Part shown: positions 52,701 to 64,000 of the stretch, piece after piece | How positions within the stretch are numbered: the first letter of the stretch is position 1 | Layout of the letters: the number at the start of each line of letters is the position of its first letter | Assembly (NCBI GenBank): GCA_040954595.2 | Contig: CM082592.2 | Span: 9,411,677 to 9,475,676 of the forward strand | Source: Balanoglossus misakiensis | Lineage: Eukaryota; Animalia; Hemichordata | Direction of reading: 5' to 3' | DNA length: 64,000 nt | Notes under the pieces: generated by a model | What the model saw: the letters and a program-made list of their open reading frames with translations, nothing else | Told to the model about the DNA's origin: nothing | Database searches by the model: none | Position numbers and translations under genes: made by a program

Positions 52701-54774
52701 TGGAGTTTCAGGGCCATCTCGTACTGCCCCTGTTGCTGGTAGATGATTCCCAAATTGGAGCAGGCCCGTCCTTCCATGCTCTTGTCTTTCGTGGCAATTC
52801 CAATGTTCAATTGCTTGTCGTGGCAATGCTTGGCTCGCTCCAAATCGCCCATGCACCTGCCGGCATGACCGAGACCGGCATAGGCGCGGGCCGCTATCGT
52901 CCTGTCTTGGAGCGTCATCGCGATCTGCAGCACCTCGTTGTGGTAATGCATGGCTTTGTCGTACTCCCGTTTGAAGTGATAGGCGCTTCCCAGGTTGCTG
53001 TACGCCCGTGCTTCCTCGTTTTTGTTCTCTAGTTCCTTGGCCACCGACAAGTGTTGTTTGTGACACTCCAGCGCGTTGTCGAAGTCCCCCATGGCAAGGT
53101 ACACGGCGCCCACATTCCCGATCTCGCGAGCTTCAAAAAGTTTATCATTGAGTTGTCTTGTGAGCACCACACACTGCTTGTGACTTGCCAGCGCGTTGGG
53201 ATAGTCTCCTATTGCTGTGTATACATGACCTGAAATGGAGTGAAATAATTTGCTGTTAGGCTGTGAAATGAACAAGCCAAACACAGGCAAGACTCGCCAG
53301 AAATCATACCACTAGACATAAATTACCAGCAACTGGTAAGAAACTTTTGAAGTCAAAGTCCGAATTCTGACAGAACACCGACTCCTCTGAATTCATTTTT
53401 ACGAATGTTCCTGATTGCTCAAGCTTTACAAGATAGTCACCTGACTGGCTAAATATTATTCTTGTGCTTGCCGTGTTTGCTAATCAACACTTTAACAATT
53501 GCGTTGTCAATCCTGTGCGGGGCGGCTGAAATATTTCCTTGCAAATGTGGACATGCAGGTATGCTGTCCGTGAGCGACCTATTTCCATCTCATTTCTACT
53601 ATGGACGCAACTACACCATACAGGAATGTTTTCCTCAATATTCAACAAATGGGCAGTTTATCAATCTCATGCTTAGCAGATTTCAAATTTTCTATTTTTG
53701 GGTTATTTTCTCTCCTTTTCATAATGTAACAGTAATCACCCCTGGGGACGTGACAAAGACAAAATAAAATCTCACCAAGAGCACTGAGGGCACTGGCAGC
53801 AACTTTTCTGTCTTTCTGCTTCATTGCCAACACAAGTTGGAACCTGTTGTGGGTTAGAGCCTCCTTGAAACTTCCTTTGGAGAAATACGCTGCCCCTAAA
53901 TTACCATGGGCTCGGCATTCACCTTCGTTGTCACCTGGAAAGATTTACGACAGTGAAAAAAGTTACTTAGCGCATCCAAATATTGTTTACTTGGTGAAGT
54001 TTCTGACATTATGGCTAATTATGATAAATTGCAAATCATGATGAATCAAGTAATGACATGTTTGCTTGGTACTGTGTCTTTTATGATGCTATAGTGATTT
54101 TCCGTGTGCATGTAACACAGAATGCAGAACTTGTGAAAATATGGGCAATGCCACTTACCTAATGATTTGGCCACAGCAAGATCTTCTTGCATATATTCTA
54201 TTGCTTTGTCTGTGTTTCCCAGACCCCAGTGGGCACTGCTGAGTGCTGAGAAGACTGAACCTTTCAACTTCAGACTGCAGGTACCTGCCAATCAGAACAG
54301 TTGTCATGTGTTTAGAAACGTTGTCAGACACACAAAACAAAGTCTGGAAGTCTGTTTGTATGTGTGTGTGCAAAGAGACTGTTTATATGTGAAGATGGAT
54401 AAAACTTCACATAAAAATTCATAATGGAAACTTGCATTTCAACCCATCTAATGCCAAGATATTCAAAGTCCCAAATTACCTATTTTGAGTGCTGATTCCA
54501 ACACCACAAGCGATGACGAGTGGTACCCGGCGGCCAACAGCTCCTGCCCGATCACGGCTATGACAACAAACGGACTTTTCTCCAGTTTCATCTTCTCCAG
54601 CTGTTTGTAGGTGGGATCCAACGTGGCCTTCAGTGGAGACTTCATGGCAGCGTCCACTAGTCCGCCCAGCAGCTGCAGACTCTTGGGGTCCTGCGCCAGT
54701 CCGGAGGCAAATGCTGCCAGGGCATCGGCGTGGCGACCAAGACATTGCAATGCTACCCCTTGGCGATAATAAGC
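43759..54774 (-). CDS. TTC28: Tetratricopeptide repeat protein 28 (TPR array + CHAT domain + Ser/Pro-rich tail); 5' exons lie beyond the window end
   Basis: Exons 54774-54480, 54284-54159, 53934-53776, 53229-50413, 49090-48282, 48152-47953, 47782-47251, 46995-46764, 46648-46572, 46477-46369, 46243-46136, 45950-43759. Motifs AYYRQGVALQCLGRHADALAAFASGLAQDPKSLQLL, many RAYGNLG-type TPRs, AERGRTRAF, CHAT LYDLLIAPME...HFATH...HPANWAGF, and LESSSSLESL. Confidence 0.96.
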
Positions 54775-57620
54775 CTGAAGATGAAAATACAAAGAGATCG
54801 TTATAAAAGATGATGAGGCTTTTCTGGAGATTCAGTGAAGCACTTTTGAGATTTCATGTCCCCTCTCACTTTGGTTTGTAAACTATATATAAGATTCTAA
54901 CTGTATACTGATAGTATGGCAGAGACATGACAAACAGACGTCACCATGAAAATTTCAATATGCAACTACTTCAGCCCAGGCTAATCTAATTTCATCAGTC
55001 GAACTCCATTAGACTAATTAATTGTGAAAAACAGGAATTCTGAGAGTACACTGTGACAACCACATCAAAGACATAATTGATCATTACAATGTCTGTGAAA
55101 TCTGAATCCAGGTAGAGCACAAAACATACGTGGATGGAATCCGTGATGTGTGACATTACGCCAACTCTGAGATGCTGATTATGTGGTTCATAGACTTTTC
55201 ACTCTTCTGATGTCAGTGTCGTGGAAGAACTGGCCGCGTTTCATTCTGAGCACAGCTTGACATAACTATACTGGTGCATACAGATAACCTGGTGTCCTTC
55301 TAAGCTAAGCCAACGTGCGCAAGACAATACTGAAGAACCCTGTTTTGAGGTCACATATGGGTGGATTTACCCGGCCTCAGAAAACAATCTATTTACATGG
55401 GGTGTTATTACCGGATAAAGTGTTGTCCACAGCTTACACTGAAATCATATCAAGGTTTTGGACTCAATGGACTGAATTATCCACTGGCCCTCATTTCAAA
55501 TTGTCAGTGGTATGTACAAAAGCAAACCTGGGAAGTCAGAATTGGACAAGATTGTTCACATCTAAAATGTAGATTTCCAAACCAAACTTCCCAGAAGCAG
55601 AAATAAGCCCATCTTTGCAAAACCCCCACACCACTCCTGTCCACTACATCTTGGTCCAGTCTGATTGTGTTCTGTGATACAACTGGACCAACATACAGGT
55701 AAATGGGTTGAATAGTATCTGTTCTACCATAAGAAATAAAGCCTCTTGTCTTTCAAGAAAGGGAAATGAAGACATCTGTTACTTTTGTTGCTCTAGAATG
55801 GTCATCCAAGTACCTTGAACCCGGTGACAGATACATGATAAATCATTTAACCACACAAACACACACATCAGTAACCTCGGCCGTGCACCCGCAGGCCATG
55901 CTGGCCTCTGTCTCAAAATCCCTTCCTTCAATGCGGATTAACAGCCAACTGTCCCATTCCCTGCTATTCACGACACCGGCCGGAACAATGAACTTCCCCA
56001 TTCCCAATGGTCGGACGACCGCTGTAATAACACCAGCACAGAGAGTCGTAATCCCTCTAGATTAATGATCAATTATCCAAAATATACCGTGACAAAATGG
56101 TTGGATGTAGGTATTAACTTTTCGGGCTTGTTGCTACATGTTTTCGTTTCATGAATGCCCAGGATGTGTAATCTGTGCACGTGCCGTCACATTGAAATGT
56201 CAAAGATGTCGTACTGGTAAAGAACCTTGCATCACCATGGCAACAATTTTGGCCAAATCTAACACAAAAAATGTTGAGTTTCAAAACATATCATGGGGAA
56301 ACCCAAACAGATTTCTCTCACAGTATGTGTAGCATGTAAAGAATAGTTCAAGACTTTAAAAAGAAACTTCTGTAAATACAAAAGTTCACAATTGTGTTTT
56401 TTCTCATCACTGAAAACCATTGTTTGTCTTTTGAAAGCGTTTTCCCCCAATTCTTTTACTTGGACAGGTGAAATGCATTCACAATGGCTACCGTGTCATA
56501 CTCCCTTTCCACTAATGATGCCTGGAATACAATGACAGTTTGAAAATATTTTCAAAGTCTCACAGATATGAATGCCGATCTCAAGCGAATCTTCAAATAA
56601 TGTAGAAAAATCTCCCATAATTCAACCCTTGCTCTGTGTTGAATGTTCATTTCTGTTTGTCCATGTCCATGCCATGAACGCACAGGTATGACAAAGTATG
56701 TATTTATCACGCTGTCTTTTAATTTAAAGGAGTGTTTGTACCCTACCCTTGCCTTTGGGGAAGACTGTCACCTCTATGTTGACGTCAGTGTTACAGTCAA
56801 TACATTCATCACTAAAATGCACACAAAAATTGGCACTAATAAAATTACTTGCTGGACTGATCAATATTTGCGAGAACACAATGAGATATGGAAATATTAA
56901 TTTATAATGGAGCTTTTTTTACTCAAACCTATAATTAGCAACAGCAGTTATACTTGATGGTAAAAAGACCAAACCGTTTTTGGTTTGGTCAGTCTGACAT
57001 GTGATCAGTTTTCATCACAGTCTACTTTGACATTGACACATCCCAGCATACTTTATTGCAGTTTGTTTTTATGACGACGGATCGATTCATCATATTGAAA
57101 GGTATCATGCATGTTTGTTTGGCTTGCAGATCGATGAGTTCAAGAAAATTGAATATGAGAGAATGGAAGATTGAAAGCTTTGTGGGCACAAAGCCAAGTA
57201 CAGGATACCCCGCAAAAGAACAGTCAATTAGCAGCATCCTGCCATCCTAATTTGATAACGGTTCGTCAAGAGATCTACATGTACATGTACAGTCTGAGTG
57301 TCTGTCCACAGCTAAATTATGTGACGTAAAACTGATTGTATCCTTGATATGTTTCAGAATCAAAAACATAAAATTCTTGTTTGCAATCGATTAGATCAAC
57401 CAATATTCACTCTGAGAGGCCTTAGAAGTTACGGATGACTTAGAAATATTCATTACCATTAATGGATATTGCACAATATGATCATAATTCAAGGTTACAG
57501 TGTATTAAAAATAACGGTATGTATTCAGACCTGCAGGGCCTAGGTGTTGTGTATAACTGATAGTGAGTGAATGTGTCCACATAATGGCAAATACCGGTAA
57601 CTAACAATGAGGTATCAGGA

Positions 57621-57726
57621 CGGTTACCCCCTGGGACATGTCCAACTCACCACAGTTTATAGTGCTAGGTTTAGACATAAGGTTCTGCTGAGGGTGCGGT
57701 GGGTGAGTGTCCAGGGGGAACGGACC
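57621..57726. repeat. Short hairpin / MITE-like repeat in a TTC28 intron
   Basis: Imperfect inverted repeats CCCCCTGGGACA...CTCACCAC and GTGGGTGAG-TGTCCAGGGGG flank a TAGGTTTAG...TAAGGTT core. Confidence 0.45.
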
Positions 57727-58794
57727 TATCCCTTAAGCATTATTACATGTACATGTTCACCATTTACTGGTTTTAATATGCCTACGTGTTGGCACACAAA
57801 AAATTGTTGAAGAACCTTGTCTGTTGTTGTGTTGACTGCGTGATAGTTCTAGTATTGACGTCTAATGTTACTGCACTACAATACCCGACACTGGAACCAA
57901 TAATGGCTGCGTGTATCACAAAGGTAACTCGAGCCCGGTCAGGAACCGATTCCTGGCTGCGACTTCTCACACAAACAGTCTGCTTGCGCTACATGTACGA
58001 CCACTGAAAACAAAACAGATACCATAGAAATACCAGCGGTTCACGGGGGTGACCACTGGGTCTGATCAACCTTCAAACCTCGCCATTCAAGCATATGCGT
58101 TTTGTAATTTGCCGGGGTTCTTGTGTTTATACGGCACACTTCCCCTGCCTAGCTAATGGCCTCGGAGGCAATACCCCAGTGTCACTCTGGGTCACTGCAA
58201 ACAATGCAAGCTTAGGGTTGGAGGTATCCTGAGATGTTGCAGAAAACAACAAGAAACTAAAGTGTGTTTGCTAACTGAGTGACATGTGTAACCCTGACCG
58301 CTGGTATTTTCAAACACGTGCATCATGTGCCAAGTATAATGCACCTCACTCGCATATCGTTGATTATTTTCTAGTTTTTCCATATAATACAAACAGTACT
58401 TCCATGATGTCTCATCATTACAATTGACCCAATGCATTCCTGCAGTAACATCTATGCTCTTCAAAGTTGGCCAGGACTATAACGCGAAAAAAGTTCACCT
58501 TTATTGACAATGTAACGAAGAATGTTCATATCTTTCCTGTGGATCCACATTTCACTTTTTTAAAACAGGTGAATGGTTAAGTGGTAAGTGGTGTCTAAAT
58601 TACAAGACAGAGTCTCATCTAGAGAGATTTACAACCAAGGTGTGCCACCTTCTGAACTCTCAGACACATAAAAGACAACCTTCCCTCCTACAAAGTGTGT
58701 GCCAGACAACTTCACAAAGGGCAAGAACTCTGACATACCACACTGCACCAAGAAGATCTTGGATTCTTTCAACCTCTTTTGGCCACAGATTGGT

Positions 58795-58887
58795 TTAACC
58801 CTTTCACCTCCATGGTTTGGTCCAAATCCTTTGTTTCCTATGTTAAAGATGAACCTCTATAGAGGAAACTGGGTGTGAAAGGGTTAA
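58795..58887. mobile_element. piggyBac-type miniature non-autonomous element (TTAA-flanked MITE)
   Basis: Perfect 13-bp inverted ends TTAACCCTTTCAC ... GTGAAAGGGTTAA, consistent with a TTAA target site and CCC/GGG termini. Confidence 0.6.
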
Positions 58888-61800
58888 CCTCAGTGCCGAG
58901 AACAAAAAAGGGTTAAACCATGGAAGAGGTGAGGGGAGGGTTGTGATGGAATTATGAGTTATTGGCCAGTTTTTTGACACGTTGGATGAATTCATTCTAC
59001 TCAAAGAACCACCTAAGAAAGACCAGTAAACTTTTTAAGGAAAGGGGGACAGGGAGAGTTAAATATTGACCTCAATATGTCTGGCAGGTTATCTTTCTCC
59101 AGAACACAACCAACTTCTCAGAACAAGTACTGCATGTGCACAAAAGCCTTGAGAAGTGTACTTGTTCCAGGCAAACAAAGAGGACGAGAAAGAGCAAACA
59201 TCAACAGACCAGATAGTTGGAATTGTTGTCGTAACTCTACGTTCCTCATCAATGACACTGCAGACAATGCCATCTTTGCTCAAAAACAACGAGATGCATA
59301 GTTTTCCGGTGACTGGCAGGGAATGAAAACTTGAGTGCTGTTTTGTCAGACTTCACAATGCGCCAAATTAAACCCTGAAGATGTGTCAGTTATAAATGGA
59401 TTCTCACATGTCTGGTGGCACGGTCGCATCCCAGCTTGACTGCATGAAAGTGATTGTCACCAGTGAGGCAGTGACTGGGAATTCACACACAATGCGGAAA
59501 ATTACTCTTCAATCATGATGAAAGAAAACGACAGAGAATCATAATGATTCTTTTATGGTCGACACGAGCAGTGAGGATTAAAGCCATTCAATAGACTAGC
59601 TCGTCACACTTTCACCCCACACTTCAATTGGTCAATTTTGGATTTTGGAAATTAACCAAATCTGCTTAGCACGGTATAACTGTTCTCTTCTCCATTACGC
59701 CTGCAAATATTGCAAATGAGAGATTAGTCCGAAGAACAATGGTGTTGAAACGCACAATACGGCTGCTAGTCGGATCAAGTTCATTAAGCCAAGTTTGACG
59801 TGGTATACAAACAGTAGGACAAAAATCAGTGCCGTAAATCTTGGAAATGGAATCTAATGATCGATTTCACACCACTGAGGATCTACCACACATCAAATTA
59901 TCTCTGATGTTATTGCATGTTGTTTAAGAGTCAGCTGCCCGAACCTCGGACAAAGCCGACATTTGTCAGACACTACATGTACCACCATTCACCGACAGCC
60001 ATTGTGAACTACCGGTGAAATATAGTCTTGTATAATTCACGACGGTATGAGCCACCTCTAAAAATCACTCCCTGTGGCATACGTACAATGTACAACCACT
60101 ACCTCTCCTGCAGATGCTGTGAACACCTTCAGTTAAGCCATTATTTACAAATCACAGTGAGCGCTTCAAACTTGGCGACCAAACCCCGGTCACTGAACTG
60201 GGCAGGCAGCCATTTTTATTTCCTACAGCTCACCTGGATAGAGTAGTTACGGCTCATTGAAATTTGGCTCCTTATATTCACATAGCGACGACATATTAAC
60301 ATTTATGCTTGTTAGCTGACAGAATTCCAAATTTAGCTCATCTCGTATGATAAGTATGTATGAAATAATTTTTCCTAAACTGAATATTTCTTTACCTTCT
60401 TTCTCGGTTGCCATTTCATCATACTGGTTCACAGCAGCTGTGATGTTCGGAAGTCCCAACGACCATCACAGCCTGACGATTAGCCTTGACAATGATGACA
60501 CCTCTAACTCCGGTGTTTTTGGACAGCAACGTTGCATCGTACACGCACAACTTGTGTCACATTACACTAATGATTGTCTCAGTTGACATCCCTCAAAAAA
60601 ACGATGACTGCACGTAAAGACCTTCATTCGACGAGAGCAAATCAATATTTTCCAGTTTTCATCTTTCTGCCACCTACTTCATTTTTCTCGTTCCTTTGAG
60701 ATTAAATCATCCCTGAATAACTGTTCTCGGCTATACACGGACAGCGTGTTGACTTTGCTTCTTTGGTGGGAAATTTCACAACCTCGCGCGATAACGCTCA
60801 GCGGTCAGACAATACACGGGGAAGAACAACAGATGGAGACAATGAGGCTCAGTCCATTCTCCGATCTTGAAGACGATGCATCTGCGTCATCAAAATGGAG
60901 GAAACCTCTCAAAATTGGCAATCAACAGCAGAATTTAACAGGATCGATCACTCGATAGAGATTGGAGTGGTTGTGAAGGTTAAGCCGCCCGGCTGCAATA
61001 CTCAAGCCAGCCACACTTGGGTGAGCCCAGTGCTAAAACAACAACTGCCAAGCGGAGAACACCTCAGCTTTTATCTACTTATGCAATCGTCCGTCCGCAC
61101 AGTGATGATTATCACGCTGAACAATCTACACCTCCTTGATCCAACGAACTGGACGCTCCATCAACGAACTATTCCCGTCTCCCCACGCATATTTTTTTCC
61201 AGGATATTAAGATGCTGCTTTTTTTTCAAGAAAAGCAAACCACGGTGACAGCACCCAGCACTGTGGCAAACATGCACACGCGTTCCAATTCAGTGGTTCT
61301 CCCCTAATGGCATCGCACAGTATAGCACAGTCTAATTATTCAGCTATTCAACTCTATGTACACACAAGCCAGTTCTTATTGTCAGCCCAACGCTTTCACA
61401 AAACTCCATTCATCAATAAGACCATTGGCTACAGGGAGGGCGGGATAGCGCCACCCCCCAAAAAAAATCGACACAACATGGGAAAAAGTTTGGCCGGCAC
61501 GACACTCTACCATACCGGCTCTCGCGTCACGCGCCCCTCCAGCACATACCATTATGCCGAAAGGGGGATAAGGATAAACACAGCGCACACAATGTGACTG
61601 GTGCATTTTATACGCCAGCTTGAGTGTGCCCTGGGATACCATTAATATCAAACTTACCAGCACTCTTTCAGAAGGACACCGAAAATTCATTTACAGCGGG
61701 GGTAAAACAGACTGACTACAATACATTCAATTTTTTATACTCTGATCTTCCAAACAATACCCTTTCAGAACAACATTACATATGGTTCACCACATTCTCT

Positions 61801-64000
61801 GAACAAATGGAAAGGATTTATTATTTAAAGATCATGGCACCCATTCAATTATACACATGGACTGATACAAGGTATTATGAAATATTTTTTATTTGCTAAG
61901 GATCCAAAACCAATCTAACTCACTGACCTGACCCTCCCAATAAAAAACAAACCAAATACACAAGTAAACATATGTTCTTCACTCAGAAACAGTGCTTCTA
62001 CTTTAAGATTTCTGATTTTGATTTTGTTTTGATTGAAACACACTGCATTATTTTCTTCCCATCAGTGATTGCGTTCTTTGATTTCCAGACAGTTGTCTAT
62101 TATATGTGCCTATTTCCCAGGTCCCTGAAACACACATTGAAACAAATTGCAAGAAGCTAATCTTGCAGTGAATTGTTTGAACTATAGAGGGCGCCCTTTA
62201 CACGAAATACAACATGTATGAAATGAACAATGTGCCAATACCTGTTCAAATTCAAATATTTACACTGTCTCTATATTAAATGTTTAATGCAAACTCTCTG
62301 TAGACCCATGTTTGCAGATTCAGATGCTGTGTTTTGACATGACCAACACAGACTTCTCAAAATTCAAATGCAAATTCCATCTGAAAATATTTGCTAGCAG
62401 AAGTCTTGGCAAGAGTTGCTGCTGCGTGGTAAACTATGTACACAACGGAAGATGAGACAAAGAAACACATAAATGCCCTATGGGCATCATGAGCATCTGT
62501 CTAATGAATGCTTTTCCAGGTTTAAAATAAAATTGTTAATAAATCAAAGTGGTTCAGGATTCTTACAAATTTGATTGATCTATTAATTAAAGTCTACAAC
62601 AAGTGAGACCCCATGAGCATTCTCCTGAGACACACAGACAGTATGTTAATTCTGGTGTAAATGCACGACTCTCATCAACATAATATTTTGTTGACTCATA
62701 GCAGAGTCCGGAAAAACCCCTACAGGGCTCACTGTACCTTTGAGGACATGTAGACACTAACTGATTCCTAGTCAAGTCAGTGTTAGTGTATCAGGCGTCT
62801 TGTACAAAAGTCACCAGCGCACTGTATCATTCATACAATTGTACAATAAAGTATAATTCTCGGCTGACAAAGATAACTTGACATTGGGGGGAGGGGTGCC
62901 AGGGTCTCTATTATAGTTGGATTTCAGGTCCTCTCTTCTCGCAGATCGCCTGTGGATATTGTCACAACAAGAATGCCTACGCCTGATCTTTCGAGACGCA
63001 CCGCAAAGCGATTAATAAAGACATCTATGATCTAGCCTCGGGGCTGATGGCATCTCGAGATAACAGTCTGCGAGGAGACATTCTCAAAGCAGTTGCATAC
63101 GGAAGCTGCATTGTGCAAAAGCTAGCATGGTAGTTTATGTGATCAGTCAAGTATTAAAAAGAGAATGAAGAATCTTCGTGGACATTGAAAATAACCCAAT
63201 TTCGCCACTTCGGGTACGGGGTAGTTTACACTGTTTTTCTAATTTTCTATTTATTTCTCACGCACTTGCCCTCTTGTTTCAATTCCTGTGTTTCAATTCT
63301 AACATCACAGCCTCTCACGGTACTGTAGACGGCCATCTTTGTCGATCACACTCATTTCCCATCGCATTCTTTTCCTCCTTCAGACCAACGTGACAGTCTA
63401 CCCATTCGGCAGACAAGGGCTTTTACAAAAAATTGTAAACTGGAACAAGCTGAACGACAAGATCCTTTTATATCGAGAGATAATGCCTGAGTGAGAAGAC
63501 GTCACCACTGAGTCAATGCACTATAAGCCGGCCAGACACACAAAAGAGGATGGGCTAGGGGTCTTTAACATGCCGCCCAGACTAATTATCTAGCGTTTGT
63601 TGTGCAATGCCGTTGTGAAGAAAAGAATCCCTGAATTAAATAAATCACGCACAAAATTGAAAGTAGTCGCCACAATGCCGGAAAAGCAGATTCCGTGACT
63701 AAAAGCACCTTATCTAGATTTCCGTCTTTCCAGCATTGAGTTCAAAAGTACTTTGGTGATTCCGATAAACGCTCCATGACAAAGACCACTTGACTCTTCA
63801 TCAGTCTAAGAATGAGCTAGCAAACCCTCCCCCTCCCCGAAAAACGTCTTTAAGATGTCACTAAGGAAAACAGCCTTGACTTAGGTATGAACTGCCACAC
63901 ACAGCTAAAATGGTGGTACACATGAAATTCAGGGGAACACTGTATCATGCCATGCTGGACATGAAGCACCAGTCATTTTAGTGTGTTTTCAAGCTGGGAA

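Noticed and set aside
50868-53233. Multiple overlapping plus-strand and alternative-frame ORFs
   Set aside because: They are shadow ORFs of the TTC28 TPR exon with no recognisable motifs.
54775-64000. Possible nested gene or transposon ORF in the long TTC28 intron
   Set aside because: Only short motif-less ORFs were found, with no reverse transcriptase or transposase signatures.
1-64000. CRISPR arrays, rRNA or tRNA genes, prokaryotic operons
   Set aside because: No regularly spaced repeats or recognisable structural RNA genes were seen, and the sequence is intron-rich eukaryotic DNA.

Overview
This is eukaryotic, intron-containing DNA from an invertebrate animal, possibly a lophotrochozoan; the taxon cannot be fixed from sequence alone. 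Splicing GT-AG exons by hand gives ten protein-coding genes. In order they are BRAP (-, 3' end off-window), QPRT (+), an NNMT/INMT/PNMT-family methyltransferase (-), a ~500-aa CTR/SLC31 copper-transporter-like gene (-), a bacterial-type group II PLP decarboxylase with 7 introns (-), a second CTR paralogue (-), an MPST-like sulfurtransferase (+), a divergent TPST-like sulfotransferase (-), a membrane-anchored geranylgeranyl-reductase-family flavoprotein (+) and TTC28 (-, 5' end off-window). All eight genes between the housekeeping genes BRAP and TTC28 are small-molecule enzymes or metal transporters. The co-oriented core (methyltransferase, CTR, decarboxylase, CTR) looks like a candidate animal biosynthetic gene cluster for methylated and possibly sulfated amines. 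That function is inference and is not demonstrated.
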